Shown in pieces: positions 61,296 to 64,000 of a DNA stretch of 64,000 bases (position 1 is the first letter of the stretch; the number at the start of each line of letters is the position of its first letter). The stretch comes from an uncultured bacterium (GTDB taxonomy: Bacteria > Verrucomicrobiota > Verrucomicrobiia > Verrucomicrobiales > DEV007), in the NCBI GenBank assembly GCA_963977015.1, contig CAXBMO010000003.1, forward strand, positions 288,001 through 352,000, in the 5' to 3' direction. The translations under genes and the position numbers were made by a program. The notes beneath the pieces were generated by a model. That model did not search any database and had not been told where the DNA came from. It saw nothing but the letters and a program-made list of their open reading frames with translations.

Positions 61296-62522
61296 TTGAC
61301 CACCCCTGACACAACCTTCCTCGAAGAGCTCAAAAGCCTCTCTCGCCCGGTGCGAATCTTGGCGATGGGCACGTTTGTGGACCGCTTTGGAGCCTACATT
61401 TACCCATTTCTTGTGCTCTTCTTAACCGACCAGGGTTTGAGCAAGGAATCAGCCGGATTCGGAATGGCTTGCGTTGGCATCGGAGGCCTTGGCGCCGGCT
61501 GGCTGGGTGGTTACCTTTCAGATTTAATTGGAAGAAGGAAAACCATCGCCATTTCGATGATTGGCGGGGGCTTTTTCGCCATATCCCTGTATCTCGCAAC
61601 CATCTACGCCACTCAACTAGGCGGATATTGGGCCACCTTTGTGGCGGCAGGTCTCTACGGATTGGTCCGTGGAATGTATCACCCGGCAAGCAGTTCACTG
61701 GTCGCTGACATTGTCCCGCCAAAAAACCGGGTGGCTGCCTTTGCGCTCCTTCGTTTTGCAATCAACCTCGGTTTCGCCCTCGGAATGATGCTCGGAGGTC
61801 ATCTGGCGGAAATTTCGTTCCTGATCCTGTTCCTCCTCGATACAACGACCTCGGTCATCTTTGGCATTGCCGCCGTGTTTTTCCTGCCTCAAGGCATTCG
61901 ATCCGAACGATCGCAGGCCAGCTGGATTCCTGCCCTTAAGGTGATGAAAGGTTCCAGAGCATTCCTTCTCGTTTTCATCAATGCGGGGATTCTTGCAATT
62001 GTGTTCGTTCAGATGGGATCTTCGTTTGCAGTCCATCTTCGGGACGGGAATTACGGGTTGAAACTCTATGGGTGGCTCATGGCATTCAATGGGCTTTTAA
62101 TCGTGTTTCTCGAAATGCCAATCAGCGCCTGGACTCGGAGATTTTCCGCTCCACACATGATTGCCCTGGGATCGCTGCTCGCCGGGCTCGGTTTCGCGAC
62201 CAATGCCTTTGCGGTGACCTGGATCGGCTTCTCGTTGGCGATGTTTACGTTCACTGTCGGGGAGATGATCTCGATGCCTGTGCAGGGCGCCTACGTCTCC
62301 CAACTCGCGCCAGAATCGATGAGGGGACGCTTCAACGGGGCGATCGGTTTCGCCTGGTCCGGGGCCAATGTTGTCGGCCCGATCCTTGGCTTGTGGCTAC
62401 TCGGCTTAGGATTCGAAGTCCTTTGTCTCACGATTTTCTGCCTGAACACGGCGAGCGCATTGATGCTAGTCCTCCGGCCAACCACCGCCCCCGCCCCCCA
62501 ACCGAGCCAAGTCGAGGGTTAG
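61296..62522 (+). CDS. MFS transporter, drug/H+ antiporter-like
   Basis: About 12 TM segments, motif A GGYLSDLIGRRK, PASSSLVAD, NLGFALG..LGG, APESMRGRFNG. Confidence 0.93.
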   Translation: MTTPDTTFLEELKSLSRPVRILAMGTFVDRFGAYIYPFLVLFLTDQGLSKESAGFGMACVGIGGLGAGWLGGYLSDLIGRRKTIAISMIGGGFFAISLYLATIYATQLGGYWATFVAAGLYGLVRGMYHPASSSLVADIVPPKNRVAAFALLRFAINLGFALGMMLGGHLAEISFLILFLLDTTTSVIFGIAAVFFLPQGIRSERSQASWIPALKVMKGSRAFLLVFINAGILAIVFVQMGSSFAVHLRDGNYGLKLYGWLMAFNGLLIVFLEMPISAWTRRFSAPHMIALGSLLAGLGFATNAFAVTWIGFSLAMFTFTVGEMISMPVQGAYVSQLAPESMRGRFNGAIGFAWSGANVVGPILGLWLLGLGFEVLCLTIFCLNTASALMLVLRPTTAPAPQPSQVEG

Positions 62523-62638
62523 GCAGGTTTTCGGGAAAAGTGTGGCATTTCCTTCGAATTTGTTAGACAACTCTTTGTGACTTTTTCGGCCATTTCAAGG
62601 GTCCAACAGGGCGGTGACGTGTTTTTACTTTGGAATGA

Positions 62639-62668
62639 TTGACAAAGTCACCATCGGCCAGCTAGCTT
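62639..62668 (+). promoter_or_regulatory. Putative sigma70-type promoter for the GspE/PilB gene
   Basis: TTGACA-18 nt-TAGCTT, ~80 nt before the start codon. Confidence 0.45.
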
Positions 62669-62749
62669 TCGGGTCCCTTTCCGCGGAGCTCCAGTTGTTG
62701 CAAGGCCTGCGGAAGGGGAAATCACGATAACGACCATCCCCACACAGCC

Positions 62750-64000
62750 TTGTATTCCAACCAAGAATTCCTCCTTACCCTGCTGCAAGAGAATGGGTCC
62801 GTAGATCAGTCGCTACTTGATCTCGCATCACAGCATCGACGGAATGTTGAGACTCCAGTTCAGACTCTCTTGAGGATTGGGCAGCTTACCGAAGAAACGG
62901 TCGCTCAAACTCTGGCGTTCGCCTCAAACATGGAGACCGTCGATCTCAATCAGTATCCGATTGATGAGAATGTCGTTAAAATTGTCACGGCAGCCGACTG
63001 CATCCGCTACCGGATGCTTCCATTGGCGTTTGATGGCACGAATTTGATCGTGGCGGTTGGCGATCCCATGAATATGGAGACCCTTGACAGTCTCCAACAC
63101 GTCCTTCCCTACCCTCCCGAGTTTGTCTGTGCCCAGATTGGCCAGATCAACAAATGCATCGCGGACTACTTTGCCGGCGAGATTGACGGAGAACTCGCCA
63201 AGCAGATCGACACGAATGCAGTTTCGGTAAAGGGAAACATGGATGAGGGCGCTCCCGTGTCTGGTGAAGATGCGCCCATCATCAACTTGGTAAACCAACT
63301 CTTGGCGGATGCCTTCCAAAACCGGGCCAGTGACATTCACGTCGAGCCACTGGAGAAAGAGGTTCGAATTCGTTATCGGATTGACGGTGCGCTTCATCAC
63401 ATGGCCAGCCACCCGTCGAAGCTCCTCCCGTCCATCGTCGCCCGGATCAAGATCATGACCGGGTCGATGTCGATCGCGGAAAAACGAATCCCCCAGGATG
63501 GACGAATCCAAGCCAACATGGGGAATCGGGAACTGGATTTGCGGGTAAGCACGATCCCGACCAGTTGCGGAGAATCCATCGTCATGCGGATTCTCGATAA
63601 GAACTCCCTGTTGCTGGGCCTTCCCCAACTTGGATTTTTCACGGACGACCAGGAAAACTTCGATCGCCTCATTCGCCTTCCTGACGGGATTATCCTCGTA
63701 ACCGGACCGACCGGTTCCGGTAAAACGACGACGCTTTACGCCTGTCTGAACGAGATCAACAAGCCTGACCGCAAGATTATCACGGTTGAGGATCCGGTCG
63801 AATACCAGCTCTCCGGAATCAACCAGGTGATGGTTAAGGAGGACATCGGCATGACGTTCCATGCCGCGCTTCGCTCCATTCTGCGGCAAGCACCCAACAT
63901 CATCATGATTGGTGAGATTCGCGACCTGGAAACCGCAACGATTGCCATCAACGCCTCGCTCACCGGTCACCTGGTCTTCTCGACACTCCACACGAACGAT
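62750..64000 (+). CDS. GspE/PulE/PilB-family secretion/pilus assembly ATPase (3' end outside the window)
   Basis: Hand translation from TTG 62750: MYSNQEFLL...DAPII..V..ASDIHVEP..RYRIDG..PQDGRI..GPTGSGKTTTLY..TVEDPVEY..GEIRDLETA..TGHLVFSTLHTND. Not in the ORF track. Confidence 0.95.
   Translation, partial: MYSNQEFLLTLLQENGSVDQSLLDLASQHRRNVETPVQTLLRIGQLTEETVAQTLAFASNMETVDLNQYPIDENVVKIVTAADCIRYRMLPLAFDGTNLIVAVGDPMNMETLDSLQHVLPYPPEFVCAQIGQINKCIADYFAGEIDGELAKQIDTNAVSVKGNMDEGAPVSGEDAPIINLVNQLLADAFQNRASDIHVEPLEKEVRIRYRIDGALHHMASHPSKLLPSIVARIKIMTGSMSIAEKRIPQDGRIQANMGNRELDLRVSTIPTSCGESIVMRILDKNSLLLGLPQLGFFTDDQENFDRLIRLPDGIILVTGPTGSGKTTTLYACLNEINKPDRKIITVEDPVEYQLSGINQVMVKEDIGMTFHAALRSILRQAPNIIMIGEIRDLETATIAINASLTGHLVFSTLHTND

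Noticed and set aside
62924-63991. 355-aa minus-strand ORF
   Set aside because: Antisense shadow of the plus-strand GspE/PilB ATPase.
1-64000. CRISPR arrays, IS elements, integrases, reverse transcriptase/DGR
   Set aside because: No regularly spaced short direct repeats and no transposase, recombinase or RT motifs. The repeats present are protein-coding and diverge mainly at synonymous sites, not specifically at adenines.

Overview
Bacterial chromosomal window, most likely Verrucomicrobiota (inferred from the LEPR-XLL giant proteins, the DUF1552/DUF1592 pair, nusA without rimP, and few Shine-Dalgarno sites). The left 28 kb is an accessory surface-protein locus on the minus strand: tRNA-Lys, then an orphan NarL/LuxR response regulator, then two tandem units. 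Each unit consists of a conserved upstream DNA motif, a ~168-codon leader ORF containing a terminator-like hairpin, and a giant LEPR-XLL protein. The first giant is 6416 aa. The second is >2068 aa, runs off the window start and is missing from the ORF track. The two giants share a ~300-aa head with a metzincin-like motif, then diverge into repeat scaffolds with lectin/CBM-like domains inserted inside the repeats. The right 36 kb is mostly housekeeping and metabolic: HU, patatin plus PaaK-like ligase, nuoBC, DctP, SNF2, truncated globin, ilvD, ubiE/menG, nusA-infB-rbfA-DHH-truB, a HAD hydrolase, an MFS transporter behind a candidate leader-peptide attenuator, and a GspE/PilB ATPase running off the end. 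The best candidate for an undescribed system is the duplicated motif + leader ORF + embedded terminator cassette in front of the giant proteins. All calls were made by eye; no database searches were run.
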